Positions 48,793 to 59,382 of a stretch of 64,000 nucleotides of DNA are shown piece after piece. Under the pieces are notes generated by a model that saw nothing but the letters and a program-made list of their open reading frames with translations, had not been told where the DNA came from and did no database searches. How positions within the stretch are numbered: the stretch's first letter is position 1; each line of letters opens with the position of its first letter. This DNA is from Syntrophaceae bacterium UBA2188 (GTDB lineage: Bacteria; Desulfobacterota; BSN033; UBA1163). The translations under genes were made by a program, and so were the position numbers. The DNA lies in NCBI GenBank assembly GCA_002327985.1, contig DCVM01000181.1:24528-88527 (forward strand), read 5' to 3'.

Positions 48793-50709
48793 ATGGCTAA
48801 GACAATAGGCATTGATTTAGGAACCACCAACTCAGTGGTAGCAATCATGGAAGGAGGGGATCCCATCGTGATTGCCAATCCCGAAGGGAGCCGAACCACT
48901 CCTTCTGTTGTGGCCTTTACAGATAAAGGAGAACGGGTAGTCGGACAGATTGCGAAACGTCAAGCGATCACGAACTCTGAAAATACCATTTTCTCCATTA
49001 AACGGCTGATGGGAAGAAAATTTTCGGATCATGAAGTTCAGAAAGATCTAAAAATCCTTCCCTATAAAATTGTTGAAAATAAAAATGGAGATGCTTGGGT
49101 CAGGGCCAGGGATAAAGATTACAGCCCACCTGAAATCTCTGCATTCGTACTCCAGAAAATGAAGGAAACTGCAGAGGCCTATCTCGGTGAGAAGGTGACC
49201 GATGCGGTCATTACGGTCCCTGCTTATTTCAATGATAGTCAGCGCCAGGCCACGAAGGATGCGGGAAGAATAGCAGGTTTGAATGTCATTCGAATCATTA
49301 ATGAACCGACAGCCGCTTCACTCGCCTACGGCCTCGAAAAGAAGAAAGATGAAAAGATCGCTGTCTTCGACCTGGGGGGAGGAACATTTGATATCTCCAT
49401 TCTCGAGTTGGGCGAAGGTGTCTTCGAGGTCAAATCAACCAATGGGAATACCCATCTGGGTGGAGATGACTTTGACCAACGGGTTATCGACTATTTAGCC
49501 GATGAATTCAAAAAAGATCAGGGGATTGATCTGAGAAAAGACCGAATGGCCCTCCAAAGACTGAAGGAGGCTGGGGAAAAGGCAAAGATTGAACTTTCTA
49601 ACATGATGGAAACAGATATCAATCTGCCCTTTATCACGGCCGACGCTTCAGGACCAAAACATCTGAACATGAAATTAACCCGGGCCAAATTGGAAAAACT
49701 GACAGAGGATCTCATTGAAATGGTTGAAGGACCATGCCGCCAGGCTCTCTCCGACTCTGGCCTTTCAGCCAGGGATATTAATGAGGTGATCCTGGTGGGC
49801 GGCATGACCCGGATGCCAAAAGTTCAGGAGAAAGTGAAGCAAATCTTTGGGAAAGAGCCCAACAAGAGCGTTAACCCTGATGAGGCGGTGGGAATTGGTG
49901 CGGCGATTCAGGCGGGGGTTCTGAAGGGTGAGGTGAAGGATGTCCTCCTCCTCGACGTCACCCCGCTCTCCCTTGGAATTGAAACACTCGGCGGTGTCTT
50001 TACGAAACTGATTGAAAGAAATACCACCATTCCAACGAAAAAGAGCCAAATCTTCTCGACGGCGTCAGATAATCAACCTGCCGTAACGATTCATGTGCTT
50101 CAGGGCGAAAGGGAGATGGCTGCTGACAATAAAACACTCGGCCAATTTGAATTGGTAGGAATTCCACCCGCTCCACGAGGTATTCCTCAGATTGAGGTCA
50201 CGTTTGATATTGATGCCAATGGAATTGTTCATGTGGCAGCGAAAGATCTTGGAACGGGCAAAGAGCAATCTATAAAAATTACTGCGTCCAGCGGTCTCCA
50301 CGAAGAGGATATCAAAAAGATGGTGAAAGATGCTGAGGCCCATGCAGCGGATGATAAGAAGAGGCGGGAACTGGCCGAAGCGAGAAATCATCTCGATACG
50401 CTCATCTACACGACAGAGAAATCCTTGAAGGAATATGGAGAGAAGGTCGATTCTGGAGAAAAACAGAATATTGAGGATGCCATCACCAAGGCCAAAAAGG
50501 CGATGGAGTTAAACGACCTGACCGCCATCAAATCTGCCCAAGAGGAACTGACCCGTTCCTCCCATAAATTGGCAGAGGCAATGTATGCAAAGGCTTCTCA
50601 AAAGGGAGCTGCCGGACCCGGTCCAGAGACCGGCGCCCAGGAAGGTCCTCAACAAAAGGCAAAGGAAGATGTCGTCGATGCCGATTTTGAGGATGTCAGC
50701 AAAAAATAA
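48793..50709 (+). CDS. dnaK: molecular chaperone DnaK (Hsp70)
   Basis: [42 protein letters not shown]; 638 aa. Confidence 0.95.
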   Translation: MAKTIGIDLGTTNSVVAIMEGGDPIVIANPEGSRTTPSVVAFTDKGERVVGQIAKRQAITNSENTIFSIKRLMGRKFSDHEVQKDLKILPYKIVENKNGDAWVRARDKDYSPPEISAFVLQKMKETAEAYLGEKVTDAVITVPAYFNDSQRQATKDAGRIAGLNVIRIINEPTAASLAYGLEKKKDEKIAVFDLGGGTFDISILELGEGVFEVKSTNGNTHLGGDDFDQRVIDYLADEFKKDQGIDLRKDRMALQRLKEAGEKAKIELSNMMETDINLPFITADASGPKHLNMKLTRAKLEKLTEDLIEMVEGPCRQALSDSGLSARDINEVILVGGMTRMPKVQEKVKQIFGKEPNKSVNPDEAVGIGAAIQAGVLKGEVKDVLLLDVTPLSLGIETLGGVFTKLIERNTTIPTKKSQIFSTASDNQPAVTIHVLQGEREMAADNKTLGQFELVGIPPAPRGIPQIEVTFDIDANGIVHVAAKDLGTGKEQSIKITASSGLHEEDIKKMVKDAEAHAADDKKRRELAEARNHLDTLIYTTEKSLKEYGEKVDSGEKQNIEDAITKAKKAMELNDLTAIKSAQEELTRSSHKLAEAMYAKASQKGAAGPGPETGAQEGPQQKAKEDVVDADFEDVSKK

Positions 50710-50733
50710 ATGCTTCTTGATTCTTCTCTAAAA

Positions 50734-50760
50734 GGGCGAGGTGAAACCCTCGCTCTTTTT
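50734..50760 (+). terminator. rho-independent terminator after dnaK
   Basis: gggcgagg-tgaaac-cctcgctc (8-bp stem with one G.U) followed by ttttt. Confidence 0.6.
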
Positions 50761-50771
50761 GTATGGGCTCC

Positions 50772-50858
50772 CATTCATTTGGAATAATGGAATGATGGAA
50801 TAATGTGAAAGAATATTTTTTCTTTAACCCAATATTTCAGTATTCCGTCGTTCCATTT
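50772..50858. repeat. GGAAT-rich inverted-repeat element (family copy C)
   Basis: ggaataatggaatgatggaataatg ... cagtattccgtcgttccatt; the left arm is the reverse complement of the copy A right arm, with 2 mismatches. Confidence 0.4.
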
Positions 50859-50875
50859 TTCCTCAGGGAGGAGGC

Positions 50876-51793
50876 ATGTGGAAGTTTTTTGAAAAATTAA
50901 AAAAGGGTCTTTCAAAAACCCATCAGGGTTTTGTCGAAAAAATTGACCAGCTCTTTCTCGGAAAGAAGACGATCGATCAAGAGCTCCTGGATGAATTGGA
51001 AGCCCTTCTTTTCGAAGCCGATTTGGGGGTGAAAACCTCCCATCAACTCATCGAAGGGGTCAATCAGGGGCTTAAAAGGGGGGAACTTCAGGATCCTGAA
51101 AAAGTAAAAGAGTTTATAAAACAAGAGATCCTTCGAATCCTAAAGTCAGGGGAGAAGCCTCTCTCCATTGACTTCTTTCAGACAAAACCATTTGTCTTCA
51201 TGGTGATTGGAGTCAATGGGGGTGGTAAGACGACTACCATCGGAAAGATTGCCCACCAATATTCATCGCAAGGGAAGAAGGTTCTGGTCGGGGCGGCGGA
51301 TACCTTTCGGGCTGCGGCGGTGGAACAACTTGAGATCTGGGCCAATCGGGTCGGGGCGGATCTGATCAAACAATCCAAAGGATCGGACCCTTCTGCGGTA
51401 GCCTTTGACTCCATCCACGCTGCCAAGGCTAGAGATATGGATCTGGTCTTCATTGACACAGCGGGAAGGCTCCATACCAAAGTCAACCTGATGGAAGAGT
51501 TAAAAAAGGTGAAACGGATTATCGGACGAGAATATCCAGGGGCCCCTCATGAGATTCTCCTTGTCCTCGATGCCACGACAGGCCAAAATGCTATCTCTCA
51601 AGCAAAACTTTTCAACGAAGTCATTGGGGTAACCGGCATCGCTCTGACCAAATTGGACGGAACAGCCAAGGGAGGAATCATTGTAGGCATTACAGAAGAG
51701 CTGAATATTCCAATTCGATATATTGGGGTGGGAGAGGGGATCGACGACCTGAGGGAATTTAACGCCGTGGAATTTGTCCAGGCCTTGTTTTGA
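50876..51793 (+). CDS. ftsY: signal recognition particle receptor FtsY (short form, NG domain)
   Basis: [39 protein letters not shown]-GTPase motifs; 305 aa. Confidence 0.85.
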   Translation: MWKFFEKLKKGLSKTHQGFVEKIDQLFLGKKTIDQELLDELEALLFEADLGVKTSHQLIEGVNQGLKRGELQDPEKVKEFIKQEILRILKSGEKPLSIDFFQTKPFVFMVIGVNGGGKTTTIGKIAHQYSSQGKKVLVGAADTFRAAAVEQLEIWANRVGADLIKQSKGSDPSAVAFDSIHAAKARDMDLVFIDTAGRLHTKVNLMEELKKVKRIIGREYPGAPHEILLVLDATTGQNAISQAKLFNEVIGVTGIALTKLDGTAKGGIIVGITEELNIPIRYIGVGEGIDDLREFNAVEFVQALF

Positions 51794-51856
51794 GTCAATT
51801 GAAATGGACCGGTTTTTTCTTTTCCATAAGTCAATGGAGTAAAATCGAGAACAGAC

Positions 51857-52528
51857 ATGAATAGGAATCTAAAACTCAAGATTTCATTGATTCTCCTTCT
51901 GATGTCTTGGCTCACTCCCCTCATCGTATTTGCAGAATCCGGCCAAATTGGCCAAGCCAACTACCTTTCACCTTTAGAAAAGGAAGTGGTTCAAGAGGTA
52001 AACCTGGCCAGGACATCTCCCAAAAGCTATGCCTCTTTTCTTGAGCAACTTAAAACGTATTACAAAGGAAAAATCCTGAACCTTCCCGGCGAGACTCCCG
52101 TCCTCACTCAGGAGGGAGTGGTGGCAGTGACGGAGGCAATCGGTTTCCTTCGGTCTTTGAATCCAATTTCCCCACTCGACCCATCCAAGGGCATGTCTTT
52201 AGGAGCAAAGGACCACGTGAGAGACTTGAAGTGGTCGGGGAATTCCCAACACCGGGGAAGTGACAAGAGTCAACCTTGGGAAAGAGTGAATCGCTATGGA
52301 ACCTGGCAGAAAGGAATCGGCGAAAATATCGCTTTTGGAAATGACAAAGCTCGAAATATAGTGATGGCCCTGATCATCGATGATGGGGTTCCCCACCGAG
52401 GACACCGAAAGAATATTTTCAATTCAAATTTTCGAGTGATGGGAGTGGCCTGCGGTGAACACCCCCATTATCAGACGGTTTGTGTCATCACCTTTGCTGG
52501 GGGGTATATAGAAAGAGAAAAAAGATAG
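51857..52528 (+). CDS. secreted CAP/SCP/PR1-like domain protein
   Basis: Signal peptide; CAP-domain motifs ([14 protein letters not shown] ... [17 protein letters not shown]). Confidence 0.6.
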   Translation: MNRNLKLKISLILLLMSWLTPLIVFAESGQIGQANYLSPLEKEVVQEVNLARTSPKSYASFLEQLKTYYKGKILNLPGETPVLTQEGVVAVTEAIGFLRSLNPISPLDPSKGMSLGAKDHVRDLKWSGNSQHRGSDKSQPWERVNRYGTWQKGIGENIAFGNDKARNIVMALIIDDGVPHRGHRKNIFNSNFRVMGVACGEHPHYQTVCVITFAGGYIEREKR

Positions 52529-52719
52529 AACTTGTCCCTCTGGAAATCATCCTGTAGGGAGGTTCAATAACCCTGTCCTATAGGGGTACAGCAATAAGAG
52601 CAAGATAACCCCACTTTCCTCCAACACATCCCGAATCAATCTTATTTAAAACAGGTTCACTATACCCTACACTCATTTGTTTTTACAGAAAATTTATGAC
52701 TTCGCCATGGAGCAAAAAT

Positions 52720-52739
52720 TTTTGTCAGTTTTGACAAAA
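52720..52739. promoter_or_regulatory. perfect 8-bp inverted repeat TTTTGTCA-N4-TGACAAAA (candidate operator)
   Basis: Read directly; 55 nt upstream of the 52795 ORF start. Confidence 0.3.
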
Positions 52740-52794
52740 TGTATCTTCTGCTGACTTAAACTTTTCGATATCAGACCTCTTACTAAAAATTAAA

Positions 52795-54252
52795 ATGCCT
52801 TTAGGAATCAGAAAGTTATTCCTCATTACCTTTAAAATGAATCTTTGGCACCTGTTATGCATTCATTGTTTGGCATCTATGAAGATAAACTCCTCCTCCC
52901 TTTGCTCCAATCGGAACTGCTATCCCCTTTTTGTTTTCTTTCTGATTATCCTTATTTCCAATCCCTGTTTCAGCCAGATGCCCAGCGAATCCCCTGATCA
53001 AATCTGGAAAGTCGGGGATCACCGTTGGACGGCTGAAGAAGAGGATCGGTTTGGTAAATGGGTCGATGAGACGATTACGGAAGATTTTTTCATGCGTTAT
53101 AAAATCCCCACGGATTGTGCTGATGTCCCTTATGCGGTCAGATGGATATATGCCCGGATCGCACATCTTCCCGCTGCCGCTACGACCAAGGACGGCAAAC
53201 TGATCGGCCACTGGTCTAAGAACTGGAAACATCTTCCAACCCATTCGGAATGGCACGAGGATAAACGATTTCGTGCCGCCCTTCTCTTTCTCATTTCAGA
53301 GACGTGGACAGGAACCCTCCCCCGCGACACATATCCCATTCGCATTTCCCCTGATTCGGTCACGCCAGGAACCCTGCTTGCGATGGATAAATCCCATGTC
53401 GCCATCATCGGCCACGTCTGCTTCAACGGAAGCCAGTCCCATCCCATTCAGACCTGGGAATCAATGCTTCCGGTGAAGATTCGAAAACTGATTTTAAGGG
53501 AATTTTTTTCTCCCAAACCGGAATCTACACACCCTTTAGGTCTGGTGAAATTCCGATGGCCGATTTTTGAAAAGGGGGAATGGAAGTATCTTGCTTCCAA
53601 AGAACACCCCTTCTATTCTGAAGAGCAATACCACCCAACTTTTTATAAGAGGTATGCAGATTTTGTTGCGGCAGTAGCCAAAAGGATCGATCCAACAGAA
53701 TATGAACCCATGGAGAAGGTGGCAAAGGTGATTGAAACAACGACCCGCTTTCTTAAAGATCGAGTTCCCATTGTTCTGTCAGGACACCAGCAGTGTATCA
53801 GGAGGGGATGCACAGAAGGTTCGGATCTATGGGAAATCTACAATACCCTGAGCCATGACGGAATGATCATCCTCTTGATGGATCATCTTTCGCGTATTAT
53901 TGAATCCAGCTATCTTGACAAAGAAATGATTAAAGAGATCATGGAGTCGATTTCGATCAACATCGCAAAAAATCGTTCGGTCACATTCTATGAGGTCTAT
54001 CAGAACTGTTCCTGGTTTTCCCCTCACCCGAATGACTCGATAGAAGCCCGCTGGGGATTAAAAAAGTGTGAGAGGATCCTTTCAGAAATCCAGACCGCCA
54101 AAGACTGCATTGCTTTTATTGAAAGAATTTATGGGAAAAAAGACCCTAAGTATGCTGACTTCTCGATCCGGCAACAGCAGCAAATCGTCCGGAGACTCCA
54201 TGAGGAGTTGATGAAATCCGAATGTCATCTCGCCGCTACAGTTCATCGGTAG
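52795..54252 (+). CDS. hypothetical secreted protein, possible transglutaminase-like Cys-His fold
   Basis: Hydrophobic N-terminus (the start may be the MKINSS Met at 52879); PTDCADVPYAVRWIYARIAHLPA resembles the transglutaminase-core G-C-x-x-A ... R ... IPAR region, followed by SHVAIIGH. Confidence 0.3.
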   Translation: MPLGIRKLFLITFKMNLWHLLCIHCLASMKINSSSLCSNRNCYPLFVFFLIILISNPCFSQMPSESPDQIWKVGDHRWTAEEEDRFGKWVDETITEDFFMRYKIPTDCADVPYAVRWIYARIAHLPAAATTKDGKLIGHWSKNWKHLPTHSEWHEDKRFRAALLFLISETWTGTLPRDTYPIRISPDSVTPGTLLAMDKSHVAIIGHVCFNGSQSHPIQTWESMLPVKIRKLILREFFSPKPESTHPLGLVKFRWPIFEKGEWKYLASKEHPFYSEEQYHPTFYKRYADFVAAVAKRIDPTEYEPMEKVAKVIETTTRFLKDRVPIVLSGHQQCIRRGCTEGSDLWEIYNTLSHDGMIILLMDHLSRIIESSYLDKEMIKEIMESISINIAKNRSVTFYEVYQNCSWFSPHPNDSIEARWGLKKCERILSEIQTAKDCIAFIERIYGKKDPKYADFSIRQQQQIVRRLHEELMKSECHLAATVHR

Positions 54253-54397
54253 GAAACAAACTTCGACCTCCCGTCTGCTTAAAACAAAATGTCAAAATGA
54301 ATCAAAATCTTGTAGGTTCATGGCCACGGGTGGACCCTTTCAATAAAGGGCATCTTCCATTGAAATGGAAGGACATCAAGAGTGAATAGAAATAGGA

Positions 54398-55072
54398 TTA
54401 TGGAAAAACCATCTTTTCGAGGGCTTTGACTCGAGCTTCCAAGGCATTCATTTTTTTCTCCAAATCGGCATAAGAGAATTTGATCATCGCACCCAATTCC
54501 TCTTTGACCTCATTCAACCCTCCTTTCACTATTCCATTGAGTGCCTTGACCTCTTCAACCGCTTTTCCAATACGCTCATCCAGTCTTTCTAATCCTGTCC
54601 TCACCCCATCCATATCCGCTTTTATTTCGTCTCTTGAATGGGCAAGTTTGGATAATCCTTCCTCCTTCATCACCAGAAAATTTGAATGCATCTCCTGTTT
54701 TGATTGAATGACGGCTGCACAAGTCTCTTCTTTGATCTTCTGGAGGGATGACTCCAATATTTGGATAGGTTGATAGGAAGAGGACTGTATCTCCTGTTTC
54801 AATTTTTCGATTCCATCCTTAAAATCATCTTGGAGGGGACCGATTTCCTCCTTTGTCTCTCTTCTCAATTTTTCCAACTCCTCTTTGATCTCCCCTATTC
54901 CTCCGAGGATCTGATTTCTATTTTCTTCTTTTAATTGACGAAAGTTCGACTTCATCTCCTGTCTCAATTTCTCTATATCCTCTTTCGAAGCCAATCCCAA
55001 TAATCTCTTATCCAACATTTCTTGGTCCATTGAGTTTTTTACCCCCTTCAGAAAGTAGCCTTTGAATATCAT
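54398..55072 (-). CDS. coiled-coil protein of unknown function
   Basis: 224 aa, repeated heptad-rich EEL/KEE segments (IEKLRQEMKSNFRQLKEE, IKEELEKLRRETKEE, IEKLKQEIQ). Confidence 0.4.
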   Translation of the reverse strand: MIFKGYFLKGVKNSMDQEMLDKRLLGLASKEDIEKLRQEMKSNFRQLKEENRNQILGGIGEIKEELEKLRRETKEEIGPLQDDFKDGIEKLKQEIQSSSYQPIQILESSLQKIKEETCAAVIQSKQEMHSNFLVMKEEGLSKLAHSRDEIKADMDGVRTGLERLDERIGKAVEEVKALNGIVKGGLNEVKEELGAMIKFSYADLEKKMNALEARVKALEKMVFP

Positions 55073-55375
55073 AGACGTTTTTAAATATCAATCTTTTTTT
55101 ATTCCTTTCTAATGCTTTATTTTTATTAGCATTATGGGTTACCTTCGACGATATCCTTAGCGTTCATTTTTCCCTTGACAAAAAAATATTATGTGTTATC
55201 TTTCACAAGACTTAATTTACCATGCTCTCTATCTACTTAAATTCTAAATTAATTTTGCAGATCTATTGGGAATGGGCCATTAGAAAAATTTAATGGGTAA
55301 TTGATTTTCCCTGTATCCAAATAGAAAGGGGGTGAATTTGACTCTCATTTTAAAAATTTTAAGAAAGGAAGGTGA

Positions 55376-58300
55376 ATGACATCTATGAAAATTACCCGAA
55401 GAACATTTTTGAAAGTTTCGGGAGCGACAGCCGCCGGGACAATAATGGGTGGCCTGGGGTTCGATCTGTCTCCGGCTGAAGTTTATGCCCAGGAACTTAG
55501 AATCAAAGGGGCGAAGGAAACAACCTCCATCTGCTGTTACTGTTCGGTGGGCTGCGGGATTATCGTCCATACTGATGCCAAAGGAAAAGTAATCAACGCC
55601 GAGGGAGACCCTGATCATCCTATCAGCGAAGGGGCTCTCTGTGCAAAAGGGGCATCGAGTTACCAGATTGCGGTTAACCCACATCGACTTCAAAAAGTAC
55701 TTTACAGGGCCCCCTACAGCAGCACCTGGAAAGAGGTAAAATGGGAATGGGCCTTAGAGAAAATCGCAGCGAATATTAAGAAGAGTAGAGATGCCAGCTT
55801 CATGGAGAAAAATGCAGCAGGTCAGGTGGTCAACCGAACCAACGGCATTGCGTCCGTGGGAAGTGCGGCCATGGATAATGAGGAATGCTGGCTCTACTCC
55901 AAAATGTTGAGGGCCTTAGGGCTCATTTATGTTGAGCACCAGGCCCGTATCTGACACAGCGCCACGGTAGCGGCTCTGGCAGAGTCGTTCGGACGCGGTG
56001 CAATGACCAATCATTATATCGATTTTAGAAATGCCGATGTAATTTTAAACATGGGCAGTAATGTCGCCGAAAACCACCCTGTCTCCTTTAAATGGATCCA
56101 GGCAGCCAAGGACAAAGGGGCGCTCTTCATTCATGTGGATCCAAGATTTACCCGCACCTCGACAAAAGCCGATATATTCGTAAGGCTTCGTTCAGGAACA
56201 GATATTGCCTTCCTGGGTGGCATGATCAAATATCTCATTGACAACAACATGTATGATGAATTCTACGTCAAGAACTATACCAATGCCTCCTTTATCGTAA
56301 ATCCAAAATATGGCTTCAATGACGGTCTTTTCTCAGGCTACGACTCAACCAAACGGAGTTATGATAAATCAACCTGGGCATTGGAAAAAGATGAGCAGGG
56401 AATTCCGAAAAGGGACATGACCCTCCAAGATCCACGCTGTGTCTTCCAGCTTCTGAAGAATCATTATTCCCGATATGCATTGGATAAAGTTTCTCAGATC
56501 ACTGGAACCCCCACAGCAGATCTTGAAAAAGTCTATAAAGCCTATGGCTCAACCTATGCCCCTGACAAAGCAGGGACTGTATTATATGCCATGGGGTGGA
56601 CGCAGCATACCGTAGGGGTTCAGAACATTCGAACCATGGCTATCATTCAAGATCTTCTCGGTAATATGGGAATTGCCGGGGGTGGAATCAATGCTTTGCG
56701 TGGGGAATCAAATGTTCAGGGTTCAACCGATGCGGGTCTTCTGTACCACATTTGGCCAGCTTATTTACCTACTCCGCGGTCTCCTTGGGCAACTCTTGCG
56801 GATTATAATAAGAACAACACTCCGGTTTCAAAGGATCCTCGAAGTGTCAACTGGTGGAAAAACCGTCCTAAATATGTTGCCAGCTTTTTGAAATCGATGT
56901 TCGGAGAGAAGGCAACCAAAGAGAATGATTTTGGATATGCTTGGATGCCCAAGCTCGAACCAGGCCAGGATGCTTCCTGGTTGAATCTCTTTGACGAAAT
57001 GTATAAGGGGGCCTTCACGGGTTTCTTTGCATGGGGAATGAATCCTGCTTGTTCAAGTGCCCATGCCGGAAAAGTTCGCCAGGCATTGACAAAACTTGAC
57101 TGGATGGTCAATGTCAATGTCTTTGACAGCGAAACAGGTTCTTTCTGGAAGGGCCCTGGCATGAACCCAAAGAAGATCAAGACAGAGGTCTTCCAATTGC
57201 CCTGTGCAGCCTTCTTGGAAAAAGAAGGAAGCATCAGCAATAGTGGCCGATGGATGCAGTGGCGATATAAAGCGGCCAATCCTCCTGGAGTGGCCCTCCC
57301 CGATGGCGATATTATATATGAACTGTTTAAAAAGGTTCGAGCCCTTTATGAGAAGGATAAGGGAACCTTGCCAGAACCGATTTTAAACTTAAAGTGGGAT
57401 TATGAAACCGGTGGCCATTTTGATATCCATAAGGTAGCCAAAGAGATCAATGGCTATGATCTCACCACCGGCAAATTGATGGCCAATTTTGTTGGCTTGA
57501 AGGATGACGGAACCACCTCTTGCGGCAACTGGCTCTATTCTGCCAGTTATACCGAAGCGGGTAACATGGCTGCACGCAGAAAGAAGACCGATCCAACTGG
57601 ACTGGGCCTCTATCCGGAATGGTCATGGTGCTGGCCACTGAATCGAAGGATCATCTATAACCGAGCCTCTGTTGATTTGGATGGCAAACCTCGTGATCCA
57701 AAACGACCACTTCTTAAATGGGATGCCGAGGGAAAGAAATGGATAGGGGATGTGCCTGACAATGCTGTTCCACCTATGGGAACAACTGGAGCCTACCCAT
57801 TTATTATGAAGCCAGACGGAGTGTCTTCACTCTTCGGCCCGGGCTTAAATGATGGACCCTTCCCCGAGCACTATGAGCCTCTGGAATGTCCGATCGAAAA
57901 GAATCTGATGTCCGGTCAGAGGATTAACCCGGCCATCAAAGTCTTCGAAGGAGGGCTTGATGCGTTTGCCACCTGTGATCCGAAGTATCCTTTTGTTTGC
58001 AGTACCTATCGGGTTACGGAACACTGGCAGACAGGAGTTCTCACTCGATGGCTGCCATGGCTCATTGAGGCCGAGCCACAGATGTTTTGTGAGATAAGCA
58101 TTGAGCTTGCCAAATTAAGAGGAATTAAAAACGGTGATAGGGTGATCGTTCAGACCCAACGAGGCAAATTAGAAGCGGTGGCCATTGTCACCTTCCGTTT
58201 AAAACCTTTTAATGTCGCTGGCCAAACGATTCATCAAATAGGAATACCATGGCATTTTGGCTGGCTCCATCCAAAGGATGGTGGAGAAAGTGCAAATTTA

Positions 58301-58420
58301 CTGACACCGACCGTTGGCGATCCCAATACCATGATCCCTGAATCAAAGGCTTTCATGGCCAACGTCAGTAAACTGACTAAACAACCAGCCCAACCAGCCA
58401 AAAAAACAACAAAAAGTTAA
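55376..58420 (+). CDS. fdnG: formate dehydrogenase catalytic subunit, selenocysteine-containing, Tat-exported
   Basis: Tat signal RRTFLKVSGATAAG. The two track ORFs 55376-55954 and 56003-58420 are in the same frame and are joined by TGA 55952-55954. The junction reads EHQARI-U-HSATVAALAESFGRGAMTN, the canonical Sec site of molybdopterin formate dehydrogenases; 1014 aa total. Confidence 0.9.
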
Positions 58421-58434
58421 AGGAGGTGACATAA

Positions 58435-59169
58435 ATGGCAGATAAATCCTTTTTCATAGATACAACAAAATGTACGGCTTGTCGGGGGTGCCAGATTGCC
58501 TGCAAGCAGTGGAATAAAAACCCTGGGACGAAAACCCTGCAGCAAGGAAATCACCAGAATCCCGCTGATCTTTCGGCCTCAACATTTAAATTGGTGAGGT
58601 TTAATGAGGTGGAGGTGCCAGGAGGAGAACCCCAATGGTTTTTCTTTCCTGATCAGTGCAGGCACTGTATGTCTCCTCCCTGTAAAGAAGTGGCGGATGA
58701 AAAAGCCAAAGGAGCGATAATCCACGATGAAAAGACCGGGGCGGTTATCTTTAACCCAAAAGTAAAGATAAAACCGGGGGATTTTAAAGAAGTCCGTGAA
58801 GCCTGTCCCTATGATATCCCAAGAATCTCTGGTGCGGGAATCATGGCAAAATGCACCATGTGTTTTGATCGCATCAATGAAGGGATGCTTCCCGCCTGTG
58901 TGAAGACTTGCCCAACTGGAGCCATGAATTTCGGAGATCGAAAAGAGATCCTGGAGAAGGCCAACAAAAGACTTGAAGAGGTAAAAGGAACCTATAAAGA
59001 CGCGATGTTGGCGAACACCGATGATGTTAGGGTGATTTTCCTTATTGTGGATGATCCCAAAAAGTATCACAAATTTGCAGTAGCAGATAATACGATTGGG
59101 ATCACGAGAAAAATGGCGCTAAAGCGTCTTTTTCAACCTCTTACCAGTTTGCGTCATATGATCGGATAA
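58435..59169 (+). CDS. fdnH: formate dehydrogenase Fe-S subunit (4x[4Fe-4S] ferredoxin-like), without a C-terminal TM anchor
   Basis: CTACRGCQIACKQWN, CRHCMSPPC, CPYDIP, CTMCFDRINEGMLPACVKTCPTGA. Confidence 0.8.
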   Translation: MADKSFFIDTTKCTACRGCQIACKQWNKNPGTKTLQQGNHQNPADLSASTFKLVRFNEVEVPGGEPQWFFFPDQCRHCMSPPCKEVADEKAKGAIIHDEKTGAVIFNPKVKIKPGDFKEVREACPYDIPRISGAGIMAKCTMCFDRINEGMLPACVKTCPTGAMNFGDRKEILEKANKRLEEVKGTYKDAMLANTDDVRVIFLIVDDPKKYHKFAVADNTIGITRKMALKRLFQPLTSLRHMIG

Positions 59170-59171
59170 AA

Positions 59172-59217
59172 CCCCCTCTCATCTCCCTCCTCTTTGATGG
59201 ACGAGGGAAGGTGGGGG
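59172..59217. repeat. GC-rich hairpin repeat element (family copy d1)
   Basis: ccccctctcatctccctcctc-tttgatgga-cgagggaaggtggggg. Confidence 0.4.
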
Positions 59218-59245
59218 TAAAATAGGATCAGGGGGGTGTTTTTTA

Positions 59246-59288
59246 GGGCTTGTTTCGGATGGGAGTCTCGAAACAAGCCCGTTTTTTT
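59246..59288 (+). terminator. rho-independent terminator after fdnGH
   Basis: gggcttgtttcg-gatgggagtct-cgaaacaagccc (12-bp perfect stem) followed by gttttttt. Confidence 0.65.
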
Positions 59289-59313
59289 CCTTTCCATCCC
59301 TCATCAACAAGTA

Positions 59314-59360
59314 TCTCCCTCTCCCTTGATGGGAGAGGGGCGGGTTGAGGGTGGGTAAAA
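59314..59360. repeat. GC-rich hairpin repeat element (family copy d2)
   Basis: atctccctctccc-ttgat-gggagagggg-cgggttgagggtggg; 9-bp stem ccctctccc/gggagaggg. Confidence 0.45.
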
Positions 59361-59382
59361 CTTTAACTCACAGGAGAACTCC

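Noticed and set aside
55280-55693. 137-aa minus-strand ORF across the fdnG start
   Set aside because: Antisense to the Tat-signal region of fdnG; no support.
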